A stretch of DNA of 64,000 nt from positions 4,404,001 through 4,468,000 of the forward strand of contig NW_024704743.1 of the NCBI RefSeq assembly GCF_018977255.1. The letters run 5' to 3'. The notes under the pieces were generated by a model. That model searched no databases and was not told the DNA's origin. It saw nothing but the letters and a program-made list of their open reading frames with translations. Positions 24,318 to 37,123 of the stretch are shown here, in pieces. Made by a program: the position numbers and the translations under genes. Numbering within the stretch: the first letter of the stretch is position 1; each line of letters begins with the position of its first letter. Source of the stretch: Callorhinchus milii (taxonomy: Eukaryota).

Positions 24318-27300
24318 AGTTCCCGGACACAGGTGGTTGATTTAAGGGTCTGGTTTGTTCAAACGTAATCTCCCTCACACTCCCCCCACCACCACTCCCT
24401 CCCCTCCCTCAAAGTCCCCAATCAGAGCACAGAGGTTGTTGAAATGATGGGTTTCTGGAAAAGGTCTTGTGAGCAACAAAGGGCACTTTTTGTAATGGGA
24501 GTGTGTGTGTGTGTGTGTGTAAAAAAAAAAACTACTTGCTGTGGGCTGCCATTTTTCAGTATTTGGTGAAATGTGTGATGTCTACTGTAATTTAATCTCT
24601 CGCTCACTTACAGATTGGGAATCGGATTTTTTGCCCCTTTGATGACGGGGAGGGAGGCAATCAAAGTAAATCGACAAACTAGCGCAAATGTTATGCCGTG
24701 GGCTAGAATTGTCTTGTTCACAGTATGGTTTATTTACCATATCTACACGGATAAAATTGGGGAACAGCAGGCATCGGTAGCAATCTTGTGGTGTTGAACA
24801 GCGTTGAAGGTAGCTTTCTGTCCCACAAATGTATTTTATCACAAGTTATGGTGACCCCATGAATGCCAACGTTTTTTTTAAAATAAAAAAAAAGTTGCTT
24901 TACTGAGAGAATAGCGGCTTGAAACAGTGTCAGATTTCATACCCTTTGGGTATTAGTGGGTTGTGATGGGAGTAATGTAGTGGTAAATTTAACAGAAAAA
25001 AAAGCTTTGTAGTTTTTTCCTCTTTGTTTTAGGTAGGTTGCCATTGGTCTCGATGTTTACAAGTTTACTTTTAATGGCAAAGTTATTTTTTTCTTGATAA
25101 GGGAGGGGCTCCTGTCCGTGGAACACATAGTGATTGAGTGGCTGTGAAAAAGACTGGTTTATTATGTACCTCTGTGCTCTAAGGTAGGTGACTGCACTTG
25201 TTATTTTTTTTTATTGCTCCGTTTCCAAGTGCTTTTTCTTTTTTTTTTGACAAAAAAAAGTGAAGCTCTCAAGTCAGCACACTGTTGGCGTCTTCCTAGA
25301 ATCTGGTACATCGTAGAGTACTTGAGACGGGGTGAGAATCAGAGTTCGGAGTGGAATCGCCCCCAAATTTTCACACAGTGGTATTGTCTCCTGGTTATTT
25401 TTTCCCCCTTATAGAGATTCATCAGTGTTGCGTGCAATGTTCTATTAGTTGCTCTAAGTTTCAGAGAGTTTTGAGGCAGAAGTGTGCGAGCTTCTAATGT
25501 TGCAGGTGATGCGTGAATGCTTTTTTTTTTGTTCGAAAAAGGAAGAAAGTATTGGCTTTTCTTTAAAACAAAAATGCTCCCAATTGTTCCTATGGCTGTG
25601 GTCATGGTAAGCCAGACTTAATGTGCTGCTTTAAGATATGCACCGCAGCACTGGGCAGAAACCCACTGGTCATAGGATAAAATAGGTAATCGTTATTCCA
25701 TAAAGGGTATTATTTCAACAGCTGTTCTTTTCATGCAGTGAATTTTATTTCCATCCAGTGTCAAAAGGAGAAACTTGAATTTCATTTTTAAACTTGAAAA
25801 AATGACTTTGCCTTAACTTTTGTATGAGAGAGATTTAGATGTTGCTGCAACTGACCACAGAGGGTTGGAATGGGGCAAGATATACTATTAGTTATACCTA
25901 CTGTCACTAGTCTTACTGGGTAAATGCGATGTGTAAGAACTAGCAGTAAATGGCATTTTTTTTGTAATATAATTTATGGCAGATCTTAAAAGTTGGAACC
26001 TTTTTTTCAGATTGTTTAAAACCCTGTAAATGCAGATAGTCGATACTGTATTAAACGTGTGCACTTGGAAGTGTGTGCTTTGCTTGTACAGATGTAAATA
26101 ATCAGAACATATAAAAGGTACCTTTAAAAAAAACTGATATAAAAATATTGATATTGTTGGTATATCCTCAATGTTGAGCTGGGCGTAGAAAAAAAAGTGT
26201 TGTAGTCTCTGAATATTTCTTTCTTTCCTCTGGTGTGCTGAACTGACCCTGCCCTCACTGCAGAAGGGGAAATTTGTGAAAATGCTTATTTTCGAGCAGT
26301 AGTACAATATTTTTCATTATTTCCTTCCCTCTCTCCTCCTTCCTCTACTTTCTCCTCCACCCCACACACCCCCCCACCACCACCCCACCCCATCACCCCA
26401 CCTCCCGAATTAAAAAAAAAAACTAGTCACAAACGAACAGGTACCAAAACGTTACCCTGTTAATTTACATTACTTTTAAAACTTAATTAACATCTCAGGA
26501 AACTATAAAAATGCACACTTGTCAAGCAGGATAGAATTATGTATGAACTAAAAATATTAAAAAAAAGTAGTTGAATGATAGAAAATACTAAAGCAGTTGT
26601 GCCATTGCATTCTTTTCTAAGCTTTCTCTTTTCCCCTGTTGCCAGTGCGTACAGCTGTTTTGACGACTTGTATTGGATTTGAGTCAGCCGTGGGTTAATT
26701 TTGCTTGGCTGCCCGCAAGTTTGGTGATCAATAGTTGCATCCATTGTGAGCTGCTGATCGCACAACTAATTCTTTGTTGTAGCCAACTGATAAAAGCTTT
26801 CTTGTGTTGTGTTCGGCATCCGGCTATAACTGTGAGCTGCACGTTTATATTAGTTTGCTGTTTTTTGGTGAAGGGCACAGTTGCTTTGGTTACTGTTAAT
26901 GGACCTCTGAACTTTTGATCGCACCCGGATTGAAAGATTTCAGTGACATCTTCTGTATTTCAATAACTGCAGCAGGTGATTTATGAAAAGCGGTGTATTT
27001 AATCTTGTATCCGACTGCTGAAGCTGGCTGTGCAGAGAGCCACCACCACCACCATCAATTGACATGAGCAGAACAAATGAAGCAATTCGGTTAATAAAAA
27101 AAAAGCACTGAAAATTATTAATTCTGCCAGCGGACGCTAGCTGCTTGTGTTTTATGTTGCACCTCAGTAAAATCACACACGGATATCAAATGCCACAATG
27201 TATTGTGAATACCGCAACCACACTATCCGATTGAAATGTCACCAATCTGTTTTACGTGTTGACTCTGTTGCAGCCGATCATAACAACCCCTTTTGTCTGT

Positions 27301-27630
27301 CTAGAGTGTTGTGCCGTTTATTAAGCAGCAGGTGCCTTTACTTTAGCTTGCTGCATTTTAATTTTTTGTGCACCGTAAAAACCAATTACACTAACAGCAG
27401 TGGACAATTGAGGATTTAAGGGGAGGTAATGGCAGAATCTGCTTTGGAATAGAAACCTATTGGAAGCATTGAGGGTTTTTGTTTTTGTCTTAAATGCTTC
27501 GATAAAAACTGGAATCAAGCTGACTTGTAAACTATTGGTAATTTAATTTTTTCTTTGTGTCATACAATGCAAAACTGTCTAATTTGAAAATGTAGCTTAT
27601 GAAAATAAATTGAGTTAGCGATTGTAAAAT
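24318..27630 (+). other. LARP4B: LARP4B 3' UTR (~3.3 kb, end inferred)
   Basis: Follows the stop codon; A/U-tract-rich and free of recognisable SINE/LINE fragments until about 27680, just after the AATAAA. Confidence 0.7.
27604..27609 (+). terminator. Probable distal polyadenylation signal AATAAA
   Basis: AATAAA followed ~25 nt later by GT-rich ttggttgtggtct; repeats resume just downstream. Other AATAAA hexamers near 24882 and 27092 may be alternative sites. Confidence 0.6.
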
Positions 27631-27789
27631 TACTTGGTTGTGGTCTCATTCTCAACAGCAACGATTTGTGTCAATCGATCGCCCTTCACGAGGGGTAGTG
27701 TCTCGGAGCACTTAAAAATTGACTGTACTGATTCCTGCAGTATGTGTTTGCTATATTCTCATGTCCAGCCACACATTGTATTTATATAA

Positions 27790-28815
27790 TGCCCTTCTGT
27801 GGGCCAAGACTGTGGAGGGCTTTAAAAGTGCGGATGGGGCTCTTGAACTCAATTTTCTGGGATTTGGGGGACCAGGCAAGGATGGGGCTTACAAGCTCGT
27901 GGAGCTGAGTATAAGAGAGTATATGGGCTGCAGAATTCTGGATGGGATGCAGCTTGCGGAGGGAAGGGCTGGCAAATCCGACAAGCAGAGAGTCGGTGTA
28001 GTGAAACCTGGACGTGATAAAAGCATGGACAAGGGTCTTGTTATAATAATAATCATCTTTACATTTGATATAGCGCTTTATCACATCTTCGAGATGTCCC
28101 AAAGAGCTTCACAGAATATAATGTAAAGTGCATTTATTGAATAGTTTGTGGTCGAAAATAGGCGGCCAATTGCGCACAGCAGCGTCCCAAAAACAGTTGA
28201 GGATTGAGTCACCGATGTATTATTTTTTTTAAGGAATTATTACCCTCGGCAAAGCAATCTACCAATTGACTAGCACCCGGGTTCCTACTCACTGCTGGAT
28301 AAACAGGCGTGTGGAGTAAGGAAACTTGCCCAACGTTTCCCCCCCCCCCGCCCGGGAATGAACGCGTGTCTCTCGTTTGCGAGGCGAGCGCTCAAACCAC
28401 TGAGCTGCCGGAATCCAGAGGGGACACCGAGGGGAGAGGTAGCAGCAGAGATGGGTAACGATGCAGAGATGGGGGTAAGCTGAACAGGCCAAGACGCGGT
28501 GTGGGGTTTAAAGGCCAGCTGAGATTTAAACAAGGTTTCGCATGGGCTCCGTGAGATGGAGTCTGCCTCCATTTAGCTTGATGTTGTCAACGTCTGAGGT
28601 TAGAAGATATTGACAACATGTTGAGAATATATGCAAAAGGCAGTCAAGTCAGAACAGCAGTTGTCCTGGAATCGAGTGTGGAGGCAGAGAGAGAGAGTTG
28701 AGTGGCATCCACATACATATGGAACTTAACCCCATGCCTGAGGATAACATGGCTGAGCGAGGGCATATAAATATTAAAGCAAAGATCGAGGACAGAGCCC
28801 CCGAGGGACACTGCA
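27790..28815 (-). mobile_element. L2 ORF2 fragments (27790-28035, 28417-28815) on either side of a full family A SINE (28040-28416)
   Basis: Minus translations TLVHAFITSRFHYTDSLLVG...IQNSAAHIL and HGVKFHMYVDATQLSLS (degenerate RT YADDTQLYLS). Confidence 0.85.
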
Positions 28816-30399
28816 CGTGGCGGGTGTGTGAGTGGGACGGCCGGCACATTCGGTTAAAATCTCTTCGGTGTTAGCTCTGCAACCCAAAGAAATGTTTGCC
28901 TCCAGACAAAGGTGCGGTGGAAATCTTCAGGCCGTTTCTGTTTTGCAGTCGTCTCCAGGGCGAGATCAAACCCGCATCGTGAATCCCGGCGTTCAGATAT
29001 GCCTGTTGAACAGAAAGGTGCAGTTCTGCTTTGGTGAGCGAGTGAGAATCGGTGGTGGCGGGTGGGTCTGCTTCACCAAATCGCATCCAAGGTTCCATTT
29101 GTCTACAGCCTCTGTCTATAGTGTTGTTGTTTTGTAGTTTGTGGGCCTCACGAGAAACTACACACAAAGAGATGGAAAAATATAACAGATGGTTAAGAGT
29201 TTTTATTTTACACATGTTCTCTCCCAACCTCACGGTTTCTAGGAGTCATGTAGTGGCCTTTTGGCTCAGATCGCGTGTAGCTTCTGTGCTTATCGCTACT
29301 CCTCGAGTTAGCCACTACCAGGAAACGTTCTCTCGCTGAGGACTGTTTGCAAGAGGACGACGCGACTCATCTCGCCTGTAAATGAGGGGAATGTGGGAAG
29401 GCTTGAGCTATGTTGGTCGGGGCTGGGTATTGTGCAGTACTTCCGATCTGACGAGTTTGATCTGCCCTCGCAAAGAGGAAGAGGAGATGAGGAGATACTG
29501 GAATCGGAGCTCACTTGAGACCTTGGTTGCTAGGCTCAGGCCAGGCTTGTCCAGCTGGAGAGGTGATCCGGTCACCTAACTTACTCAGGTGGTCGCGAAG
29601 GCATGGTTCCTTGTCCTTTGACAATTTGGGGCCTCGAGGAGTTTGGGTGTGGGCGGGGTGGGGGGGGCTGGGGGGGGAATTGGGGCATGTCTGCAGGCAT
29701 TACCCTCGTTCCCTAAGTGGAATGCATTCAGTCTTAATTCGGTTTATACAATAATAATAATCCTTGTCTTTGATACAGCGCCTTATCAAGTCTTCGAGAT
29801 GTCTCAAAGCGCTTCACAGAGTATACTGTAAAGTGAATTGACTGTGTATTTTGTGGACGAAACGCACTGTAATGGGGGTGAGCAGGCCTAACCTCGCTCA
29901 CCAATGTATTTTAAAAAGAAACACAACTCTAGATCTCGTGGCTTCTCGTAAAACTGGTCGCTGTTTAGGAAAATCAGAGAAATGATTCCCAACAGCGTTG
30001 CCTTGCTGATCATGGGAGGAAGGAAGCCTTTGATAATAGCAGGCTTCAAAATTTAATATAAACTTTAATCCCACGGACCCCCTCTAAAATCTTTTTTGAA
30101 ACACTCTTATTAATTTAAACGTGAAAAACTCATCTGCCAGCAAATATAAGGTTGTAAAATTTGTTTTTCCTCCCCACGTGAGAGCTTGAAGCTTTAAAAG
30201 ACTCCTTTGGAGCTTATTGTATCTCAATTAAATGCCAACATATAACCAGGACTGGAGTAGAGCTCAGGGCAACGTTTGCTATTTCAGTATCACCGTAATG
30301 CTAATATTTTGTGAGCTGAGCCAACTGTTGTTTACTGATCGTTGGGAGTACAAAGAAACAGTGATGTAGAAATATAACAATTATAAGCTGAATATTTGG

Positions 30400-30800
30400 G
30401 GCGTTTTTGACATATGCGGAAACCCATCACCGTGCTTAAGAGTATCCAAACCAAACTGAGAATCCCATGTGTCCCACCTACACATGGAAATCCCAGACAT
30501 AGATTGTTGGAATGGAATGCTCTCTCTCTCCCTCTCTCCCTCCCTCTCTCTCCCTGGAGGGACGTAACCTGCTTATCTAATTCCAGAAAGTATTAGGCGC
30601 AGGTTGGCAAGAGCCAAGGCTTGGGGCACCCCAGAGTGTGTGTTGGGGGTAACTGCTGGAGTCTAACCAGCTAAAACCATTGATGTTGCTGTCTGGCAAG
30701 CTTTCCCGCTGCTTGTCCAGCTCGGACCACCCTACCCATTGGGGCTTTGGCTTGCAGGTTAACGGGAGCCGAGTGGGACAATTCCCTGCCCCACCATCGC
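30400..30800 (+). repeat. Family X repeat copy (~400 nt, among the longest)
   Basis: cggaaacccatcaccgtgcttaagagtatccaaaccaaactgagaatccc...gtattaggcgcaggttggcaagagccaaggcttgggg...gagtctaaccagctaaaacc. Confidence 0.75.
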
Positions 30801-32499
30801 TGTGCATATATTTCCTTCTGCATTTACCTACAGTCAATCCCGTGAAGCGCTTCGAAACATCCTCCTGATGTGATAATTTGCTAAGTCAAATGCAAAGCTT
30901 TTATTTTTCAGTAAGCGGTGATTTTAATTGGGATTTCTTAACCAAGTGGGGATCCCTTCTAGTAACCGAGAAGTAAAACTCGTTGCATACGATACAGCAC
31001 CACATCACATCGTGAAGACGTCTCAAAAAGCTTCATAGGATTTACTGTAACGTGTTGCGACTGTAGTTGTAGGCCAACACAGCAGCCGATTTGCTCACGA
31101 GTAATGTCCCACAAACAGCCATGGAGTGAGTGGCCCAATTTTATTTGGGGGGTGGGATTGTTGGCCAGGACGCTCTTCTCACTTCAAACAGTGTCATGGG
31201 ACCTTTTTACCGTCGACCTGAACGGGTACATGGGACCTTGGTTTAACGATACATCAGAAGGATGGCACTTCGGCAATGCCATACCCCACAAGACTGTGTT
31301 TGGCTTTCAGTTCAAATGGCCCAAATGATTAGGCCAATACACAGAGGGTTATTAGAATACGGCCACATATATTGCCACAGACTTGTGTACACACAGACAC
31401 ACACACACACACAGGGTAGAGTCATAAAAGTGTTTTGAGTGAGAATTCTACGAATACTCAAAAGCAAATACTATTTCGGGGTACGGGTTAAAGAGCAGTC
31501 AAATTGGATGAGAGAGAAATAATGAAATGGCCTCCTTTCATCCCGTGAAATAAAACATTTTACAATTCTATCAGTCTGCCCCCCAACCCCCCCCCCCCCA
31601 CCCCACTACCCACACACATCCAGACCCACCCAGTCAGGCTTCACAGGAGCCTCGCCACTCCAGCCGCAGAGCACAAACCCTGCACCTATAATAAAGAGGC
31701 AGCAGGTGGCACATTCGCACCCAACGCCACTGGAGGAATCGAAGGATTTCGCAGTTTCCTGAGCAGCAAAAAAGGGAAAGAAACGCCACCTTGTGGCTCT
31801 TCTCAAACGAGGAACACCCCCCCCCCCCCACCAGTTCCTATTGCAAAATGTTTGTTCGAATCCCTTTACTGGATTAAACTTAATAATAATAATCCTCGCG
31901 TGAGCACTTTCTCTCCATCCTGGTGGGGAATTAGATAAATAATCATGATAATAAAATCCGTGCATTTGACTTATCTCGTCTTCGAGAAGTCTCCAAAGCG
32001 CTTCACAGAATATACTGTAAAGTGAATTGAATGTAGTTTGTGGGCGAAACAACTCTCCAATTGCGCACAGCAGGGTCCCGCGAACACTGGTGGGTTGGCT
32101 GACCACATTTTTGATTTTATTTATTAGTTGAAGGGGTTATTAGCCCCGGCAAGCAATTCACCAATGGACTAACATCAATCGGATTCCTACTCGCTGCTAG
32201 GTAAACAAGTGTGTGGATGTAATTCGCACTGAGGATGTCCGTTAGGTTTTCTTTTGGCAGAATATTCCTGGTATCAATAAACAACTGTTTCAATAAAGAA
32301 AATGAACCCAAATACTCGTTTTCGCTGCTAGTTATGATACCAAGTCCTTGCATTTGCTATGGTGCCCATCACATCAAATCGTTTATAGCTTCATGGAGTT
32401 TCTATAAAGGGTTGTGACTGTACAATTGTAGGCAAACAAGGCAGCCAATTTGCACTTGGCAATGCCTCACAAACAGCTATGAAGGGGCCAAGGATGGAG

Positions 32500-32715
32500 C
32501 TCTTGAGGGTACCCCACAGGTGACCGGCCGGGGGGAGTGGGGGGGGGCGAGAGGAAAAACCATTGGCTGAGATGAAGCGCTGGTGGTTGTTTAAGTAGGA
32601 CTCAGACCATGCGAGACTGAGGTCCGAATAAGGTGGATGAGGGAGGAGGATGGAGTGGTTGACTGTTTCCAACCCAGCCGAGAGATCCAGGAGGACCAGG
32701 GCAAACTGTTACCAT
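32500..32715 (-). mobile_element. L2 RT-region fragment
   Basis: Minus translation ETVNHSILL...LAWSESYLNNHQRFISANGFSS...SILGP, typical of L2 RT. Confidence 0.75.
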
Positions 32716-32793
32716 GTGTTCAACTGAACATGTGTATTAAAATGTGTTTGTTTTCTCCTTTTCACCTGTAAGGGCTCCACAGACTGTTCTGTG

Positions 32794-32824
<31 letters not shown>

Positions 32825-34689
32825 GAGGCAGTCAGTGTAGGCGGAGGTCTTTGCATTAGTACTTGCTGTGAAGCCGCAGGAGGTTGTGACTGACTGACTC
32901 GCCCCACTTTTTCTCCACCCTGGTGGGGAAATGTCTCTGCTTTGGCTGGAGTGAAGAGATTAATCATGAGTCTGGGTATGTGGCAGCCTCTATTAGCGTT
33001 TCAGCATACTCCATCACCCAGGCTGTCAACCTGAGGTCACGTTTATAAATCCGAATAATGCGGTCACCCTCTCAGCCTTGCCGACTATCACGTCGTCTGT
33101 CTCCAGGTGAACTTAATTGTAAGTCCATTTGAGACGCAACAAGTTTCGGGTTCGCGTTTTAAAGCTCGACTGAAGAGTCGAACCGCGGTTTGGAAACTTT
33201 ATTTACTCTGGTCTCCTACTGAAACAGCAACTTGATGCCCTTCACGCAGGATACCGTCGATCCCAGGACATGTTGTTGACCTGGTTATGTTAAAGGCTCT
33301 CCTTTCCCATTGCGGTGACCCGTGTGTAAACCATTGAACGTTGTATTTCATCTGCTGAGCGCTCTTGAGGAGCTACCCTGTGCGGAGGGCACTATATAAG
33401 TGCAAGTCGTCGAACAAAAAAATTACAGGTTAGCCATTAGAGTCAAAGAAACAAGACACCTTCAGCCCAGGAGACTACTTGGCCCATTTTGTCTGCCCTG
33501 TTTTGATCCTATTTTCCGTCTCTCTCTCTCTCTCTCTTGACACATCCCTTTCAATCTGACCATCCCTGCGCTCCACGATAAAGCGCTCAGAGATGCTGTT
33601 TTACATGAAGGGAGCAAGTTAGAATTTTAATCCTTGTAAGAATTTGTACAAAAACCCTTGTTTAGACCACATTTCGAGTGCCGTGTGCAATTCTGGTATC
33701 CACACTGCAAGGAGGATATAGCAGTGATGGAAATAGTACAGTGTAGAGTGACCAGCCAGAACTGTTAAGAGTTTTGGGGTGTTCTATCATGAAAGGCACT
33801 ATATAAATTATAACGTTGCATTGTAATGCATCTTTCATTCTTTAAGTCAATCGGATGTTTTGTTTATCCCCACAGCTACTCAAGGAAGCGGAGTGCAGTG
33901 AAGGAAAGTTACCGTGCTGGTGTTTCTGACGTGGACAATATCTGTCTTTCCCTCAATAGCCCGAGGTTGAGTGACACTGCAACTCACATCGTGAATGCTT
34001 GGGCATTTTTGTAACGGAGCAAAGGTTACTCGCGCACGTAAATTAGGTCCGGAAAACATAATCTTATTCTCCTTTCTTTGAACAATGATTCTCACCCGGT
34101 TTTCTAACCCCGCTCACACCCCACTCCTCTGCACATCCCTTTCAGCGCCTTGGGACGTCCTTCTGATGTGAAAGGCGCTATACAAATGATGATGTTGTTG
34201 TTGTTTTGCTCAGCGGGCTCCGACCTTGTCCCCTCTGCTCCACCATCGGCTGCCGTGACTCTAGCCACTACGCCCTCGAAACTATGGACTCTCTGTCTCA
34301 ATCCCCTCTGCCTTAACCTCTCTTTGCCCATCTTCAGATCGCACCTGAAGACCTTCCCCTTCGATCGTGCCTACGGTCACCTTCCCCCCCCCACCTCGGG
34401 CCACTGTCAAGCAGCTCTGGGACGCTACCTTGAGTGAGGGGCACTATATAAATGCAAGTTGTTGTTGTTGAGATCTGGAGTTAGTGAGTTCAACATCAGC
34501 CTGGCTCAATTTGGAGCAGTCCGAGGCAGAAACTTGTGGGTTCAACCATCGCACTGAGTGCTTTGAACTGACGCAGTCCAGGTCAACTCTCCAATACAGC
34601 GCTAGGGGCGGTGGGTGGGGGGGGGTGTTGAGATGTCTCGACGACCTGATAAGACGCTGCACTGGCCTCCATGGCTGCACACTCAAACT

Positions 34690-35360
34690 CACTAAGCCAG
34701 TCAGGAACCTGGGTGTCTTGTTTGACCCTGATCTGTCCTTTCTCCCCCTCACCCCTCAGGCTGCCGAAACCCTCACCCACGCATTCGTCTCGATTACGGG
34801 AACTCCCTCCTCATCGGCCTTCCCACCTCTTCCCTTCACAAGCTGCAGATCATCCAAACTCTGCAGCTCTTGTACTCTCGCACACCAGGCTCCGTGACCC
34901 CATCACTCCCACCCTCGCCCGACGCCACTGGCTCCCCATCCCCCAGAGGATCGAGTTCAAGATCCTCATCTTTAAGGCCATCCATGGCCTTGCCCCCTCC
35001 TACCTCTCTGACCTGCTGACTCCCTACCAACCTGCCCACTCCCTCCGTTCATCGTGCTCTGGTCTACTCCATGTCTCCCGCCCGACCCGCCCTAACCATC
35101 GGTGGCCGGGCTTTCAGCCTCTCTGCCCCCACACTCTGGAACTCCATCCCACAGTCCCTTCGCCTCGCTTCCTCCCTCGCCTCCTTCAAGGCCGGTCTCA
35201 AGACCCTTCTCTTCGACTGTGCCTTTGGTCTCCCTCCCACCTCTCTGCCTTCCCTCACCCCAACACCATCCCTCCCCCATGCTCGGACCCCGACACCTGA
35301 CGCCTTGGGACGTCCTCCCGACGTGAAAGGCACTCTATAAATGTCATTTTATGGTTGTTG
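34690..35360 (+). mobile_element. L2 LINE 3' end (~670 nt, little decayed)
   Basis: VRNLGVLFDPDLSF, AETLTHAFVS, DPITPTLARRHWLPIPQRIEFKILIFKAIHGLAPSYLSDLL, GGRAFSLSAPTLWNSIPQSLR..SLASFKAGLKTLLF, then tail gccttgggacgtcctcccgacgtgaaaggcactctataaatg. Confidence 0.92.
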
Positions 35361-36029
35361 TTATATCAAACGCAAGTTTTTTTTTAAAAGCAAGGTCCTT
35401 CAAGTGAATCATAAAGATCCCGATGTCACAAGCCGAGAAAATTGGAGAATTTCCAGGGTGTCTTGGCCAACAATTCTCCAGATTAATCGAGTTTTTTTAT
35501 AAAGTCAGCCATCCGACACATGAGGAAATCACCACGCTTAAGAGTATCCAAACTAAACTGAGAATTTCGCATATGGTACCTACACATGGAAATTTCCCAG
35601 TGTCTGGAATGGAATGCCAGAGGGATGCCCCCTGAGCACACTGAATTCCGGAGAGTATTAGGCGCAGGTGGGCAACATTAATTAATCGTTCAATTCATAG
35701 CAGTTCACAAGACTTTGCTGTGTGAAAATTGTCTGCCGTGTTTGCTCTCCAACAAGCTCCACGTGACTGCAATTACTGCGAAGAGCTTTGAGACGTTCCA
35801 TTATTACACGCGCCATGAAAAAATCCCGAGTTCTTTCTTTTACCCACTCATTTCTTGAGCCAAGATTAAATCGTTTCCCTGACTCCAAAACTAGACACTC
35901 TGCAATTTGAAATAAAATCACGCTCACGAAACTAAAACGGTTCCATCTTATTTTCATGAACGAGCGGGTCCCTCAGATATTGACTAGACCAGAACCTGCA
36001 TCTACACACAGCTCCGTGCCATCAAATGA

Positions 36030-36270
36030 CCTGTGAGCTCAACCAGCTAAATACATCATTAATGGCACAATGAGTCCTTTCACCTCTAGGATCTGGGTTC
36101 GGTCCAGCCCAGACTGACGGAATGAAAGTCTCTTGTCTCTCTCTGCCAGCTGTAAGGGTCCTAACAAATTACTTTGGATAGTCTCAGTCCAATTCCTGTT
36201 GGGCACAAGTTCACAGGCGATCACTGAGTATAATTTGGCTCCAAATGGCAGTCTGTAGGTTGCCTGGCAC
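36030..36270 (+). mobile_element. LF-SINE-like ancient SINE relic
   Basis: gagtcctttcacctctagg...ggttcggtccagcccag...gtctcagtccaattcctgttggg...aatttggc..ggcagtct resembles the recalled LF-SINE consensus. Confidence 0.55.
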
Positions 36271-36664
36271 AGGAAAAGGAAAACATTGCTTTAATACTGG
36301 TACTCTACTGCGTTGCAGACACTCAGTTTGCTTCTGGTCAATGTCCTTCCTGATTTGACTGCTGTAGTAACAATAATAATAATAATAGTAATGATAAGAA
36401 TAACAAAAGCTTCGCAAAATACCCGGTGAACAAAATATCAAGATCCTGCAGAAAGTAGCTATTAGGATGCTCAAATATATTAAGAAAAATTAACATCCAT
36501 TCATTAAAAGTTCATTCAAAATTAACACCCATTAACATTAAATTAACATAATTATTTATTATTGTTTTTTATCCATTCATATGTAACGTGGTAGTGTTAT
36601 TGGTCTGGCTGACCCATCACTGAAAACCAGTTAGAAATTACCTCTGCAGAGAGACTTAAACTGA

Positions 36665-37123
36665 AATAATATAATAATAACAATAATAATAACACTCCAT
36701 ACATTTGTTACAGGGCCTTTCTTGTCTCAACGCATCCCCCTGACATCTCCGTGCTTCACTGGATATACTGTAAAGTGGAGTGACTGTGCGTTTGGAGGTG
36801 AAAATACCAGCCAATTTGCACAGAGCAATGTCCCACAAACAGCTGAACAAATAGTGAATGTGCAATATTTATTTCTGGGGGGGATTTGTTGACCAGGACA
36901 CCAGGAGAAACTCCCTTCTCTTTTTGAACAGGGTTCCACGGAGATCTTTAACGTCCGCCCGAACAGGTAGACGTGTTTAATGTGTTTAATGTGTCACCCA
37001 AAGGACGGGACCTCCAACATCGCAGTGTCCTCCCCAGACATTGCACTGTAATGTCAGCCAAGTGTTTATGTCCCACAACCTTCTGACTCGGAGGTGAGAG
37101 GGCTACCAACTGAGCCAGGCTGA
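36665..37123 (-). mobile_element. Deu-domain SINE (family B, SacSINE1-like)
   Basis: Reverse head cagcctggctcagttggtagc..tc..acctccgagtcagaaggttgtggg; body gggagtttctcctggtgtcctggtcaac and gggacattgctctgtgcaaattggctg. Other copies at ~42940-43120, 51689-52110, 56470-56782, 59140-59556 and 60598-61000. Confidence 0.75.

Noticed and set aside
25888..26307. 139-aa antisense ORF in the 3' UTR
   Set aside because: Low-complexity AT-rich translation with no recognisable domain; likely chance.
34484..35340. Longest ORFs in the track (209 aa at 34671..35300 and neighbours) as a novel gene
   Set aside because: They are frameshifted pieces of the L2 ORF2 C-terminus.
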